Source: an uncultured bacterium (GTDB taxonomy: Bacteria > Planctomycetota > UBA1135 > GCA-002686595). From it: 64,000 nucleotides of DNA. The stretch lies in assembly GCA_943787795.1 (NCBI GenBank), contig CALSNU010000006.1, forward strand, positions 160,001 to 224,000, read 5' to 3'. The position numbers were made by a program, and so were the translations under genes. The number at the start of each line of letters is the position of its first letter. The stretch's first letter is position 1. A model generated the notes under the pieces. The model saw nothing but the letters and a program-made list of their open reading frames with translations. It was not told the DNA's origin and did not search any database. Below, in pieces: positions 1 through 10,130 of the stretch.

Positions 1-95
1 GCCGAGGCCGCGACTGAGAGCGCCAAGGGCGCGATGGCGCCGGTGAGGACGCGGGTGAAGACGCGGGTGGCGTTACAGCGAAGCGAGAGGTACAT
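1..95 (-). CDS. 5' end of a probable secreted protein (partial, runs off the window)
   Basis: ATG at 95 opens MYLSLRCNATRVFTRVLTGAIAPLALSVAAS..., a signal-peptide-like sequence with no stop before position 1. Confidence 0.5.
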   Translation of the reverse strand, partial: MYLSLRCNATRVFTRVLTGAIAPLALSVAAS

Positions 96-457
96 GGCTA
101 GGTCGCGTCGTGGATGGGAAGAAGGTGGCCAGTCGAAGGGCCGTCTCGGAGAGAGGGGGGGCACAGCTGCGGCCTGGGCCCCTGCGCGGCGCAAGGCAGG
201 GCCGCTCGACCCTAGCACACGGTTCAGGTGCTGAGCCGAGCAAGCGGCCTGCAGGTCTCGTAGAGCCCGTTGCTGGCCCAGGGCCCGGCGGAACCACCCC
301 CCCGATGACGGGCACCTGGTCGCCCATGAAGAGATCGGCCTGGGGGGCACCTGGACCCGTGGAGCGGCAGATCTACCCGGAGATCGCCGATTGGCCGCGA
401 GCCCCCTCGACAGCCGACCCTTGGAGGACCGAAGTCAACTCGCGGCGGGTGGTGGAG

Positions 458-533
458 TGGCTCCCCGAGCAGGATTCGAACCTGCGACACAGCGGTTAAC
501 AGCCGCTTGCTCTACCAACTGAGCTATCGGGGA
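458..533 (-). tRNA. tRNA-Asn (GTT)
   Basis: Reverse complement TCCCCGATAGCTCAGTTGGTAGAGC...GCGGCT-GTT-AACCGC...GGTTCGAATCC...GGGGAGCCA; 76 nt with encoded CCA. Confidence 0.97.
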
Positions 534-543
534 ATGAGGCCGA

Positions 544-571
544 AGAATAGCCCCCTGGGGAGGCTTGTCAA
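544..571 (-). promoter_or_regulatory. sigma70-type promoter of tRNA-Asn
   Basis: TTGACA-16 nt-TATTCT immediately upstream of the tRNA on the minus strand. Confidence 0.7.
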
Positions 572-724
572 GCAACTGCGACGGGTCCGTGGACCTGAAA
601 TCGCGCTCAGCACGATGCCCCACGAATGAGACCGGCGGGCTTCTCCAAGGGGGCACCGACTTGAGGTCCACCCGTCGGCGGGACCCCGACCTGTCCTCGG
701 ATGGCCCGGCCCTCCCGCTACGGA

Positions 725-1558
725 TCAGTACTTCAGGCCCAGCTTCTTCAATTTGGGAGCGATGACCATCTGGCAGTACCCCTGGGAGGTGTTGTCGAAG
801 TAGTAGCCCTGGTGGTACTGCTCTGCGGGGTAGAAGACGGCGGCTCCCGTGACCTCGGTCACGATGGGGTCGTCGAAGGTGGGCTGAACGTCCCGCTTGG
901 AGGTCTCTGCGATCTTCCGCTGCTCGTCGGAGTGGACGAAGATCGCGGACCGATACTGGGTGCCCCGGTCGTTGCCTTGGCGGTTGAGGGTCGTCGGGTC
1001 ATGCAGGCGCCAGAACCAGTCCAGCAGCTCGGCATAGGTCAGGACTGACGGGTCGAAGGTGACCCTCACGACCTCCGCGTGACCGGTTCGTCCGGTGCAG
1101 ATGTCCTTGTAGGTGGGGTTGTCGGTCTCGCCGCCGGTATACCCCGACTCCACCGACTTGACGCCCTCGACCTGCTCAAGGACCGCCTCGATGCACCAGA
1201 AGCAGCCCGCTCCAAGGGTGGCCACCTCCTCTGTGGGTGCCGCTTCCGTCTGATCGTCGCTCATTGTGTTCTGGGGGCTGGAGGTCGAGGGGTCTGAGGT
1301 GGCCTGGCCGGGAGTGGTTTCCGATGCAGCGGCGCCCTGCTCGGCGCGCGGGTCAACGGGGGCGAGGGTCGCGTCCCAACCACCGGCGCTCATCTCGCCG
1401 GCCTTCGAGCCAGGCTCGCCGGGGGCAACGACCGAGGTGGCGGCGCCCTCTGTGGTCGTGGGGGCGTCTCCGGCGCTACAGCCTGATGAGCCAGCCAGTG
1501 AAAGCATCAAGCCCAGGGCGACGGCGAGTTGGGCGAGTGGTGATGTCGGTTGGATCAT
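725..1558 (-). CDS. msrA: peptide-methionine (S)-S-oxide reductase MsrA with a lipoprotein-like N-terminal extension
   Basis: GAGCFWC active site, SGYTGG, HDPTTLNRQGNDRGTQYRS and FYPAEQYHQ motifs; alternative internal start at MSDDQ (about 1264). Confidence 0.93.
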   Translation of the reverse strand: MIQPTSPLAQLAVALGLMLSLAGSSGCSAGDAPTTTEGAATSVVAPGEPGSKAGEMSAGGWDATLAPVDPRAEQGAAASETTPGQATSDPSTSSPQNTMSDDQTEAAPTEEVATLGAGCFWCIEAVLEQVEGVKSVESGYTGGETDNPTYKDICTGRTGHAEVVRVTFDPSVLTYAELLDWFWRLHDPTTLNRQGNDRGTQYRSAIFVHSDEQRKIAETSKRDVQPTFDDPIVTEVTGAAVFYPAEQYHQGYYFDNTSQGYCQMVIAPKLKKLGLKY

Positions 1559-1570
1559 GGTCTGAGTACC

Positions 1571-2497
1571 TCAAAGGTGTTCCAGCAGCGGATCGGGGAG
1601 GCGAATCGGCCCCGCCTCCTGGCTCCCCATCATGGGCTCTCTCAACCAGAACTTCGCGGGCCGGTCATGCTCGGTTTCGGTGAAACCCGCACTACGGGCC
1701 GCCCAGCGGCAGATCCGCTCCGGAGACATCCCTTGGTTTCGCAGCTCCCGGAGGGTGACGGCTCCATCCCGCTTTGCGAGGCGCTCGCCCTGGGCATCCA
1801 GGACGAGCGGAACGTGGGACTGCCGCGGCACGGGCAGATCGAGCGCCCTCGCCAGGAGGATCTGTCGGGCGGCGCTGGGGACCAGATCGTCGCCCCGGAG
1901 CACCTCCGTGACCCCCTGGAAGGCATCGTCGACCACCGTCGCCAGCTGATAGGAAGCCACACCATCCTTCCGGGCCACCACGAAGTCGCCCGCGGTGGTC
2001 GCCACGTTGACCTGCTGCGGTCCGAGGGCCCCGTCGGTCCAGCGGACGGCGTCGTCACTGGCCCGGAAGCGGAGGGCAAAGGTCCCAGGGGCCGCCGTTG
2101 CGGCTCGGCTGGGGTCCAGCCGGCAGGTCGCCGGATATCGAGTCTCGCCGTCAGGGCCCTGTGGTGCACTCCCTGCGCTGGCGATCTCCTTCCTCGTACA
2201 CACGCAGGGATAGATCGCCCCGGCGTCCTCCAGCGTCTCCAGGGCCGCCCGGTAGGCGGCCGCCCTGGAGGACTGGAAGAGGGGCTCACCGTCCCAATCG
2301 AGCCCGAGCCATTCCAGGTCCTCGAGGATGCCCTCGGCGCTCCCTGGCAACACCCGCTGGTCATCCAGGTCATCCACTCGAAGAACCACACCTCCACCCT
2401 GGCTCCTTGCGGACCACCAGGCCAGGAGGAAGGAGCGCGCATGCCCGAGGTGGAGGCGACCCGTCGGCGAGGGCGCGAGGCGTCCCACGACGGTCAC
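1571..2497 (-). CDS. gluQ: glutamyl-Q tRNA(Asp) synthetase
   Basis: RLAPSPTGRLHLGH (HIGH-like), CxC...YPATC zinc site, YQLATVVDD, RGDDL and LAKRDG; 308 aa with no anticodon-binding domain. Confidence 0.9.
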   Translation of the reverse strand: MTVVGRLAPSPTGRLHLGHARSFLLAWWSARSQGGGVVLRVDDLDDQRVLPGSAEGILEDLEWLGLDWDGEPLFQSSRAAAYRAALETLEDAGAIYPCVCTRKEIASAGSAPQGPDGETRYPATCRLDPSRAATAAPGTFALRFRASDDAVRWTDGALGPQQVNVATTAGDFVVARKDGVASYQLATVVDDAFQGVTEVLRGDDLVPSAARQILLARALDLPVPRQSHVPLVLDAQGERLAKRDGAVTLRELRNQGMSPERICRWAARSAGFTETEHDRPAKFWLREPMMGSQEAGPIRLPDPLLEHL

Positions 2498-2555
2498 GGT
2501 AGGCGCCCCCCGGGAGCGTCATCCACTCGCTTCGCGCAGCGGGTCTGGAGGGCGC

Positions 2556-3713
2556 TCAGCGCAGCAGTCCCCGGGGCCCGCGCCCGCGGGCGTCCTCGCG
2601 GAGCTTGCGGGGGACCTCGTCGCCGAAGGTCGTATAGCAGGAGCGCGCCGCGAGCACGTGCGGGTCGTCAATGGGGACCGTGCGCTGCCCCTGCCCGGGA
2701 ACCGTGATGTCCACATCTCCCACAGCCCCGCCGCGCCACGCCACCATCCGGTTGGCGGCGCCCTCAAGCAGCAGGCGGGTGGCGTGGGCGCCGAAGAGGG
2801 TGCCGAGCACGCGATCGTCCGCGACGGGGGAGCCGCCACGCTGGACATGCCCGAGCGTCACGGCGCGAGCTTCCACCTCGGACCGACGGTCAATCTCGTG
2901 GGCGATCTGCTCCCCGATGCCGCCGAGCTTGACGGGATCGGGCGAGGTCGGATCCAAAGTGTGGATCACCTGCTCGCCGCCCTCCATGCAGGCGCCCTCG
3001 GCGACACAGATCACCGTCGAGCGACGCCCGATGGAGGTTCGCCAGTCGATCTGTTCGAGGATGTGCTCGAGGCGGAACGGGATCTCCGGGATGAGGACGA
3101 CATCGGCGCCTCCTGCGATCCCCGCGTGCAGCGCGATCCAGCCCGCGTTGCGCCCCATGACCTCCACGACGAGCGCGCGGCCGTGGCTCTCCGCCGTCGT
3201 GTGCACTCGATCGAGGGCCTCGGTGGCGACCTCGACCGCGGACTGGAAGCCGAAGGTGAGCTCGGTGCCGTGGACGTCGTTGTCAATGGTCTTGGGGACG
3301 CCGATGACCGGGATGCCCGCCGCGGCAAAGGGCTGCGCGCATGCCATGGTGCCGTCCCCGCCAATCACGACCAGCGCCTCGAGGCGGTGCTCCTCGATCG
3401 TGGTGAAGCAGTCTGCTGTGACGTCCTCCCAGGTGACCGTCCCATCCTCGGCCTGGCCCGTCGCGAAGCGCGCGGGGTTGGCCTTGTTCGAGGTGCCCAG
3501 GATCGTGCCCCCGAGCTTCAAGATGCCCGAGACGTCGTCGTAGCGCAGGTCACGGACGCGGTTCTCGATCAGGCCGAGGAACCCGTCCTCGATGCCGTGG
3601 ACGTCCAGGCCGGATTGGATGGCGTGCTTGGTCACGGAGCGCAGGACGGCGTTCAGTCCGGGACAATCTCCGCCGCCGGTGAGGACTCCAATGCGCCTGG
3701 GGGTGGTGGTCAT
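2556..3713 (-). CDS. pfkA: 6-phosphofructokinase (probably ATP-dependent, group III)
   Basis: GVLTGGGDCPGLN, GGTILGT, IGGDGT, PKTIDND, EVMGRNAG and LGHVQRGG; start placed at MTTTPRRIG. Confidence 0.93.
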   Translation of the reverse strand: MTTTPRRIGVLTGGGDCPGLNAVLRSVTKHAIQSGLDVHGIEDGFLGLIENRVRDLRYDDVSGILKLGGTILGTSNKANPARFATGQAEDGTVTWEDVTADCFTTIEEHRLEALVVIGGDGTMACAQPFAAAGIPVIGVPKTIDNDVHGTELTFGFQSAVEVATEALDRVHTTAESHGRALVVEVMGRNAGWIALHAGIAGGADVVLIPEIPFRLEHILEQIDWRTSIGRRSTVICVAEGACMEGGEQVIHTLDPTSPDPVKLGGIGEQIAHEIDRRSEVEARAVTLGHVQRGGSPVADDRVLGTLFGAHATRLLLEGAANRMVAWRGGAVGDVDITVPGQGQRTVPIDDPHVLAARSCYTTFGDEVPRKLREDARGRGPRGLLR

Positions 3714-3931
3714 GGGGAGGAGTCTAACGGCCTGACCACCCCACGTATCGCGTGCAGTCGGCATCCCCTCCGCGTCCAGGGCAAATCTGCGGCCAGGGCG
3801 ATCGGTGCAGGTGGACCCCAGCCGGGGCGGGTCGTCGAGCCCCATCTGGTACAGGCCCAGGATGCCTCGGCGCTGAATCTGCCACCAAGTGCGACGGCCT
3901 CTGGCGCGCCACCGAGATAGGCTTGGCCAAC

Positions 3932-4480
3932 ATGGAGTACCGACCCACAGCGATCCCCGACGTCGTTCTCTGCATCCCGAAGGTCTTCGGCGATGAGCGC
4001 GGCTTCTTCATGGAGACCTTCCGCGCCGACGAGTTCGAGCAGGAGTGCGCCCCGGTCAAGTTCGTCCAGGACAACACCTCACGATCCAGCCAGGGGATCC
4101 TGCGTGGGCTCCACTACCAGAACCCCAATCCTCAGGGGAAGCTGGTCCGGGTCAGCGAGGGCGAGGTCTTCGACGTGGCCGTGGACATGCGCAAGGGGTC
4201 CCCGACCTTCGGCAAGTGGGTCGGTGAGTTCCTCTCGGCGGAGAACAAGCACGCGCTCTGGGTGCCGCCGGGATTCGCCCACGGCTTCTACGTCACCACC
4301 GAGGCGGCGGAGTTCAGCTACAAGTGCACGGACTTCTACGCGCCCGAGCACGAGCACGCGCTGAAGTGGAATGACCCGGCGGTGGGGATCGAGTGGCCTC
4401 TGGACCGCGGCGGGCCGCCCAAGCTCTCGCCGAAGGACGAGGCGGGCCGCTCGCTGGCGGACGCTCTCCCCTTCGAGTAG
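3932..4480 (+). CDS. rfbC: dTDP-4-dehydrorhamnose 3,5-epimerase
   Basis: FGDERGFFMET, FVQDN.S.S..GILRGLHYQ, DVAVDMRKGSPTFGKW and PGFAHGF. Confidence 0.95.
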   Translation: MEYRPTAIPDVVLCIPKVFGDERGFFMETFRADEFEQECAPVKFVQDNTSRSSQGILRGLHYQNPNPQGKLVRVSEGEVFDVAVDMRKGSPTFGKWVGEFLSAENKHALWVPPGFAHGFYVTTEAAEFSYKCTDFYAPEHEHALKWNDPAVGIEWPLDRGGPPKLSPKDEAGRSLADALPFE

Positions 4481-4557
4481 GCGCCAGGTCGGCCGCAGGT
4501 GCCCGCTGAGCCGTCGGGGCCGGCCCTATCCCTTGACGAGCTGTTGCGCAGGTCCGG

Positions 4558-4737
4558 TCACCCAGCCAACACGTCGACGGGGCCAATGTGGCGACCAAAG
4601 ATCCAGCCAACGGGTAGGCCGGTGACGGCGCCCACGATGAGCCCTGGCATCCCAAAGGGCGTGAAGCTGTAGGCGAGGCCGCCCACGATGAGCGCGCCGG
4701 CGAGCGCGCAGAAGGATTGCCAGATCTTGCGGAGCAT
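4558..4737 (-). CDS. small hypothetical membrane protein (two TM helices)
   Basis: MLRKIWQSFCALAGALIVGGLAYSFTPFGMPGLIVGAVTGLPVGWIFG..., two Gly-rich hydrophobic segments. Confidence 0.55.
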   Translation of the reverse strand: MLRKIWQSFCALAGALIVGGLAYSFTPFGMPGLIVGAVTGLPVGWIFGRHIGPVDVLAG

Positions 4738-4828
4738 CAGGGATCGAGGTCGGCCTGGAGCGCACACCAGGGCCCTGGGCGTTCCCGGGGCGAGCGCGGC
4801 GGTGAAGGGGCCTCTCGACCAAATGTAA

Positions 4829-4861
4829 GTGGCCCCGCCTGGCTAAGCCAGGCGGGGCCAC
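4829..4861 (-). terminator. intrinsic terminator after ahcY
   Basis: Perfect 15-bp stem GTGGCCCCGCCTGGC-TAA-GCCAGGCGGGGCCAC followed on the minus strand by TTACATTT. Confidence 0.75.
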
Positions 4862-4904
4862 GCTTCAGCGGACGACTCGCCCTCGCGGGCTCATCGCACG
4901 CAGA

Positions 4905-6368
4905 TCAATACCGGTAGGTGTCGGGCTTGTACGGCCCTTCCTGCGGGACGCCGAGGTAGTCGGCCTGGTCCTTGGACATCTCGGTGAGCTTCACGCCGAG
5001 CTGGCCGAGGTGCAGACGGGCGACGCGCTCGTCGAGGTGCTTGGGCAGGGTGTAGACCTTGTTCTCGTAGAGCGACGCGTTCTGGAAGAGCTCGATCTGC
5101 GCCATCACCTGGTTGGTGAAGGAGCAGCTCATGACGAAGCTCGGGTGGCCGGTGGCGCAGCCGAGGTTCAAGAGGCGGCCCTCGGCGAGGACGAGGATGC
5201 TGTGGCCGTCGGGGAACTCCCAGCGATCGACCTGGTCCTTGATGTTCTCACGGACCATCCCGTCCTTCGCCTCGAGCTCCGCCATCTGGATCTCGTTGTC
5301 GAAGTGGCCGATGTTGCCGACGATGGCCATGTCCTTCATCTGCTCCATGTGCTCGAGGCGGATGATGTCCTTGTTGCCGGTGGTCGTGACGAAAACGTCG
5401 GCCTCGGTGAGGTAGTCCTCAAGGACGCCGACCTCGAAGCCCTCCATGACGGCCTGCAGCGCGCAGATCGGGTCAATCTCGGTGACGATGACGCGTGCGC
5501 CCTGGGCGCGGAGCGACTGGGCGGAGCCCTTACCGACGTCACCGTAGCCGCAGATGATCGCGACCTTCCCGGCGAGCATCACGTCCGTCGCGCGGAGGAT
5601 GCCGTCGGTGAGGCTGTGGCGGCAGCCGTAGAGGTTGTCGAACTTGCTCTTCGTCACGGCGTCGTTGACGTTCATCGCCGGGAACGGAAGCTCGCCGCGC
5701 TCAACCATCTGGTTGAGTCGGAGGACACCGGTGGTGGTCTCCTCCGAGACGCCCTTGATGCTTGCCTCGACCTTCTGCCACTTATCGGTGTGCTTGGCGA
5801 CGCTCTTGGTCAGGGAGGCCAGGACCACCTGCCACTCGGCGCTAGCGCCCTCCGCGGCGGCCGGAACGGCGCCCGCGCGCTCGTACTCGGCGCCCTTGAG
5901 GACGTACATGGTGGCGTCGCCACCGTCGTCGAGGATCATGTTCGGCAGCTCGCCCTCGGGCCAGGTGAGCATGCGCTCGGAGCAATCCCAGTACTCCTCG
6001 AGGGTCTCACCCTTCCAGGCGAAGCACGGGATGCCGGTGGGGGCCTCCACGGTGCCGTGGGGGCCTACGACCACCGCGGCGGCGGCGTGGTCCTGGGTGG
6101 AGAAGATGTTGCACGACGCCCAACGCACATCCGCGCCGAGCTCGACCAGCGTCTCGATGAGGACGGCGGTCTGGATCGTCATGTGGAGGGAGCCCGAGAT
6201 CCGAGCGCCCTTCAGGGGAAACTTGCCGGCGTACTCCTCGCGGAGCGCCATGAGGCCAGGCATCTCCTTCTCGGCGATGCGGATCTCCTTGCGGCCGAAG
6301 TCGGCCTCGGCGAGGTCGCGCACGTTGAAGTCGGTCACGACCGGGCGCTGCGTGGTGACAGTGGACAT
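4905..6368 (-). CDS. ahcY: adenosylhomocysteinase
   Basis: [58 protein letters not shown] and [14 protein letters not shown]. Confidence 0.98.
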   Translation of the reverse strand: MSTVTTQRPVVTDFNVRDLAEADFGRKEIRIAEKEMPGLMALREEYAGKFPLKGARISGSLHMTIQTAVLIETLVELGADVRWASCNIFSTQDHAAAAVVVGPHGTVEAPTGIPCFAWKGETLEEYWDCSERMLTWPEGELPNMILDDGGDATMYVLKGAEYERAGAVPAAAEGASAEWQVVLASLTKSVAKHTDKWQKVEASIKGVSEETTTGVLRLNQMVERGELPFPAMNVNDAVTKSKFDNLYGCRHSLTDGILRATDVMLAGKVAIICGYGDVGKGSAQSLRAQGARVIVTEIDPICALQAVMEGFEVGVLEDYLTEADVFVTTTGNKDIIRLEHMEQMKDMAIVGNIGHFDNEIQMAELEAKDGMVRENIKDQVDRWEFPDGHSILVLAEGRLLNLGCATGHPSFVMSCSFTNQVMAQIELFQNASLYENKVYTLPKHLDERVARLHLGQLGVKLTEMSKDQADYLGVPQEGPYKPDTYRY

Positions 6369-6398
6369 GTTGTTGTTGGGGGTTGGCGCCCTGGGGCG

Positions 6399-7436
6399 TC
6401 AGGGTTGCGGGGCACGCCCGCGGACAAGGTAGAGGGGCAGCGCGACGTCTCCATGGGGAGCGGCCGCGCGACTTTCCGCATCGGTGGTTCCTTCGGACCC
6501 AGGCTGCGGGCAATAACGATCCTCGAGCGGTTCGACGATGACATCGACGAACCCCGCCCGAGTGAGGGCTTGTTGGGTGGTGGCGGGCTCGAGACCCAGG
6601 TGGCGATCCCCGAGGTCCTGATGCATCCACGCTTCGTGGTGGGGCATGAGCTCGACGACGCTGAGCGTCCCGCCGGGCTTCAGGACCCTTAGCATCTCGC
6701 GCAGGGCAGGCGCGAGCTCCGGAAGGTGATGCAACACCATCGCAGCCACCGCACCGTCCAGCTCAGCGTCCGCGAGGGGGAGGGCGTCCAGCTCGCCCTG
6801 TCGGAATTCAACCGCGGTGCGATCCGGCGTGATGTCGCGCAGGCGGCCGCGAGCCTCCTGGAGCATCCCCTCCGAGCGGTCGACGCAGATCAGTCGCTCG
6901 CAAACGCCGGCGAGCGACCGGGCGACGTAGCCCGTGCCGCAGCCGAGATCGGCGAAGGTCAGGCCGGGACGGAGGAGGTGGGCGGTCGCCCGCTCACGCG
7001 CCGTCCCGCGCTCGAACAGGGCTCCCACCTTGTCCCAGTCGCCGGCAACCCGGTCGAAGAACGCCCGCTCGTCCCCCTGGCGCTCGGTGAGGACTCCCGC
7101 GAGGCGCAACCGGTCGGACTGGTGCTCAGCGACCCGCCCGAGGTCCGGCTCGAGCGCGTGCCAGAGCCGTCCCAGGGAGGAGGCTTCCCCCGCGCTCACC
7201 GCCGCCGACCGCAGGTACGTGCTCGTGCCCGCCCGGCGCTCGTCGAGCAGGTCGTGCTCGCGGAGGACGCGCAGGTGGTTGCTCACCCTGCTCTGGGCCA
7301 TCCCCAGACACCGGGCGAGCTCACCCACAGAGAGCTCCTCCATGGCCAGCAGCGCCATGGCTCGCATGCGGGTGGCGTCCGCGAGCACCTTCATCAAGGT
7401 GGGGGCGGAGTGGGGCTGGGTGAGGGAGACGACCAT
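6399..7436 (-). CDS. sahR: ArsR-family regulator fused to a SAM-methyltransferase-like domain (SahR-type)
   Basis: N-terminal LADATRMR...LSVGELA...QSRVSNHLRVLR HTH; C-terminal DLGCGTG, VDRSEGML and MVLHHL; lies directly upstream of ahcY. Confidence 0.85.
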   Translation of the reverse strand: MVVSLTQPHSAPTLMKVLADATRMRAMALLAMEELSVGELARCLGMAQSRVSNHLRVLREHDLLDERRAGTSTYLRSAAVSAGEASSLGRLWHALEPDLGRVAEHQSDRLRLAGVLTERQGDERAFFDRVAGDWDKVGALFERGTARERATAHLLRPGLTFADLGCGTGYVARSLAGVCERLICVDRSEGMLQEARGRLRDITPDRTAVEFRQGELDALPLADAELDGAVAAMVLHHLPELAPALREMLRVLKPGGTLSVVELMPHHEAWMHQDLGDRHLGLEPATTQQALTRAGFVDVIVEPLEDRYCPQPGSEGTTDAESRAAAPHGDVALPLYLVRGRAPQP

Positions 7437-7451
7437 GGGATTGAACACTCA

Positions 7452-7467
7452 ATCATGACCCGGTGAT
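7452..7467. promoter_or_regulatory. putative SahR operator overlapping the sahR-ahcY promoter
   Basis: Palindrome ATCA-N8-TGAT (ATCATGACCCGGTGAT) overlapping a minus-strand TGGAAT-17-CATGAT promoter-like element. Confidence 0.55.
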
Positions 7468-7646
7468 GAAGCGGATTCCAGGGTGCAAGGGCACATTTCA
7501 CCGAGAAAATCGACCTGAAATGAGACTCGGGCCAGTTCCCCAGAAGGCGAACCGGCCCGAGTCGAGTGATGGAGCCAGGCCCCTGCGGCTAGCGGTCGCG
7601 GGGCTGGCTGACGGTAAGCGTCAGGCGAGCCGCTTCCGAGCCGGCT

Positions 7647-10130
7647 TCAGGAGAGGCCAGCCAGATCGGGCGCCTCGATGGAGAGGATCTCGACCTCGAT
7701 ATCACCGCCGGGCAACTGAACGGTGCTCTGCTCGCCGGTGCTGGCCCCGAGCAGGCCCTTGGCCAGCGGCGCGCGGTACGAGATCACCTGGGTGTCAAGC
7801 ACCCGGTCCTCGTCCCAGGGTCCGAGGAGCAGCACCGTCGCCTCCTTGTTCTCGGAGAGGTCCCGGTAGTGAACCTTGGTTCCCGGGCAGACCGTGTCCT
7901 CGATGACCGCGGCCTCCTCGATCAGGTCGGTGAGGCGGAGCTCCTCCTCCATTTCCATGGCGCGGGCCGTCAGGTTGCGCTGCTCCTCGATGGCAGCTTC
8001 CCACTCGGAGTTCTCCGAGAGGTCTCCGAACGACGCAGCCCGCCCGATGGCGTCCTGGTTCTCGGGGATCTTGATCTCACGCAGCTCCTTGAGCTCGAGC
8101 GAGCGACGTCGAAGGCCGGCCCGCGTGGTCCAGACCGTCTCTCCTTCCCAGAAGAAGCCGGCGTCCTGGGCGAAGAACTGACGGTCCTTGCTGAGGGCGA
8201 TCTCCGTGATCAGGTTGTCGATCTCGCTGTCGACGCCGCGGCTGGCCGTGACGTTGGCGCTCCGGAGCGCGGAGACGTCCGCGGTGGAGAAGAGCTGGCG
8301 CAGCATGGGGTTGTCCCCCTTGCAGAGGTAGTCCGTCAGACGGCCCGAGATCCGGGTCAGCTGGGGGTTGCCACGTCGCTCCTGGAACGTGTTGACCGCC
8401 AGGGCGAGCAGCGCCTGACCGCGCTGAACGGGGGTCGGCATGTCGTCGTGCACGCCACCGTCCTCGTAGCGCTCGGCGAGGACGATCATCAGCGTCGGGT
8501 TGCGGAGGGGGCGGGCCAGGAGGCCCGAGTAGTGGCTCCGCAGCTCACCGTCGTGGCCAGCGGCGACGATCCGGTCGACCAGCGGCCTCACCTGACCTGG
8601 CGCCGCGTGCTGAAGCTGGGGGAGGACGTCCTCTACCCAGGCGAAGTCGTCCTCTTTTTCCTCCGCGTCAGCGTCCTTCACTTCCGCGGGGGCGTCTTCT
8701 GCGGTCGCTGAATCAGAGTCGGCTGAATCGGCTTCAGCCGCATCAGGCCCAGCGGCATCAGACTCAGCCGTATCAGACTCAGCCGTATCAGACTGGGGGG
8801 CCGCTTCCGCGGCAGGCTCATCCGCCGCAGGCTCCGCTCCGTCCGTGGCCTCGACCTCGAGCGCGGCCACCTCGGCCTGGGCCTCGGCGAGCTGAGCATC
8901 GACCGCCTCCAGCGCGAGCTGGGCGCCCCCGGTGCCGAATAGCTCCGGGAGAATGGCGACCGACCGCTCCTGGTCCTTGGCGCCAGGCAGGGCCTGGAAG
9001 AGCTTCCAGATCTCGGGCGGCTGGGAGGGGTCCGGCGGGGCCGGGGCCTGGGTGACCTCGTAAAGAACCCGGCGCATGAGCTTGGGCGAGGCTCCCTGCT
9101 TGTCTCGCAGCATGAGCCACGCGGCGAGGCGCTCGGGGAGCGGCTCGGCCTCGGATGCCGCGGCCGTCTCGAGCTCCTGGATGGCAATGGCGGCGAGGTC
9201 GTCGGCGACGCCCTCACCGACAAAGAGGTCGCGCACACGGGCGTGCACCTCGGACACATTCGAGGCCCGCTGCAGCAGGCGCTTCAGCGCCTCGCCCGGG
9301 TCCTTCTTGACCAGAAGCTGCGTCACCGTCGACTTCTGGGGGGTGCCGCTGACCTCGATCTCATCGGAGTTCTCGGCGAGCTTGCGAGCCTTGCGCCACC
9401 AGGCCGACCAGGCGCTGCCCTCGATGCCGATCTGCATCATGGCGGTCTTGATCGTGGTGGTGGTGGCGCGACCGTTGTGCCGGAGTAGGATCGCGTTGAG
9501 GGCGTCCAGCGGAGCCTTCTTGACCTCCTTCTTCAGCTCCTCCGCGTCCTTGAGGGACCTCGAGCGCAGGTCCTTCTCGGGGAGCGGATCAAAGATGTCC
9601 ATGGCCGCGTTCAGCGGGAACTTGTCCTCTCGCCCATTCCAGAACCGGACACGTGCGTATCCGTCTGAAGCGTTCATCTCCAGCACCTCCCCGACACCCC
9701 AGCCGCCAGGGTGGAAGACCGTGCTCCCGGGCTGGAAGGCCAGCAGCTTGGCCATCTTCTTCCAGGGGGTCCGCAGGTCAGGGGCGCCCTCGGCGAAGCC
9801 GGTGACCTCCTTGAAGACCGGATACCACGCCTCGTCCGACCATGCCTTCTCGCAGGCTCCGTGGAGGGGCTCTGCGAGTTCGCCGGGGTTGCCGCCGGCG
9901 GCCAGCGAGGCGCCGAGGACCAGGGCCGCGTCGGCGGCACGATCCGCTCCGATCAAGGCCTCGGCGTGCTCCCTCGCCTGTCCGACCAGGCGGCCTGCGC
10001 GCTTCTTCTCTCCGGCGAGCTTGAGGGCGGGAAGGAGCTCGTCGATCGGTCCGCCGGTCGAGCGGAGCTCGGCCCAGGCGTCGTCGAACTCTTGCCACAT
10101 TTCCTTGGTGACGAGGAGGGGAAGGGTCAT
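7647..10130 (-). CDS. greA: large GreA/GreB-family elongation factor (C-terminal Gre domain, long N-terminal extension)
   Basis: C-terminal IPENQDAIGRAASFGDLSENSEWEAAIEEQ...LLGPWD...ISYRAPLAKGLLG; about 830 aa as in PVC-group long GreA. Confidence 0.85.
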   Translation of the reverse strand: MTLPLLVTKEMWQEFDDAWAELRSTGGPIDELLPALKLAGEKKRAGRLVGQAREHAEALIGADRAADAALVLGASLAAGGNPGELAEPLHGACEKAWSDEAWYPVFKEVTGFAEGAPDLRTPWKKMAKLLAFQPGSTVFHPGGWGVGEVLEMNASDGYARVRFWNGREDKFPLNAAMDIFDPLPEKDLRSRSLKDAEELKKEVKKAPLDALNAILLRHNGRATTTTIKTAMMQIGIEGSAWSAWWRKARKLAENSDEIEVSGTPQKSTVTQLLVKKDPGEALKRLLQRASNVSEVHARVRDLFVGEGVADDLAAIAIQELETAAASEAEPLPERLAAWLMLRDKQGASPKLMRRVLYEVTQAPAPPDPSQPPEIWKLFQALPGAKDQERSVAILPELFGTGGAQLALEAVDAQLAEAQAEVAALEVEATDGAEPAADEPAAEAAPQSDTAESDTAESDAAGPDAAEADSADSDSATAEDAPAEVKDADAEEKEDDFAWVEDVLPQLQHAAPGQVRPLVDRIVAAGHDGELRSHYSGLLARPLRNPTLMIVLAERYEDGGVHDDMPTPVQRGQALLALAVNTFQERRGNPQLTRISGRLTDYLCKGDNPMLRQLFSTADVSALRSANVTASRGVDSEIDNLITEIALSKDRQFFAQDAGFFWEGETVWTTRAGLRRRSLELKELREIKIPENQDAIGRAASFGDLSENSEWEAAIEEQRNLTARAMEMEEELRLTDLIEEAAVIEDTVCPGTKVHYRDLSENKEATVLLLGPWDEDRVLDTQVISYRAPLAKGLLGASTGEQSTVQLPGGDIEVEILSIEAPDLAGLS

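Noticed and set aside
2328..6692. Long plus-strand ORFs 2328..3920 and 5010..6692, and similar ones such as 34667..36646 and 36800..37831
   Set aside because: They are stop-poor antisense frames of real genes, expected in high-GC DNA, and carry no recognisable motifs.
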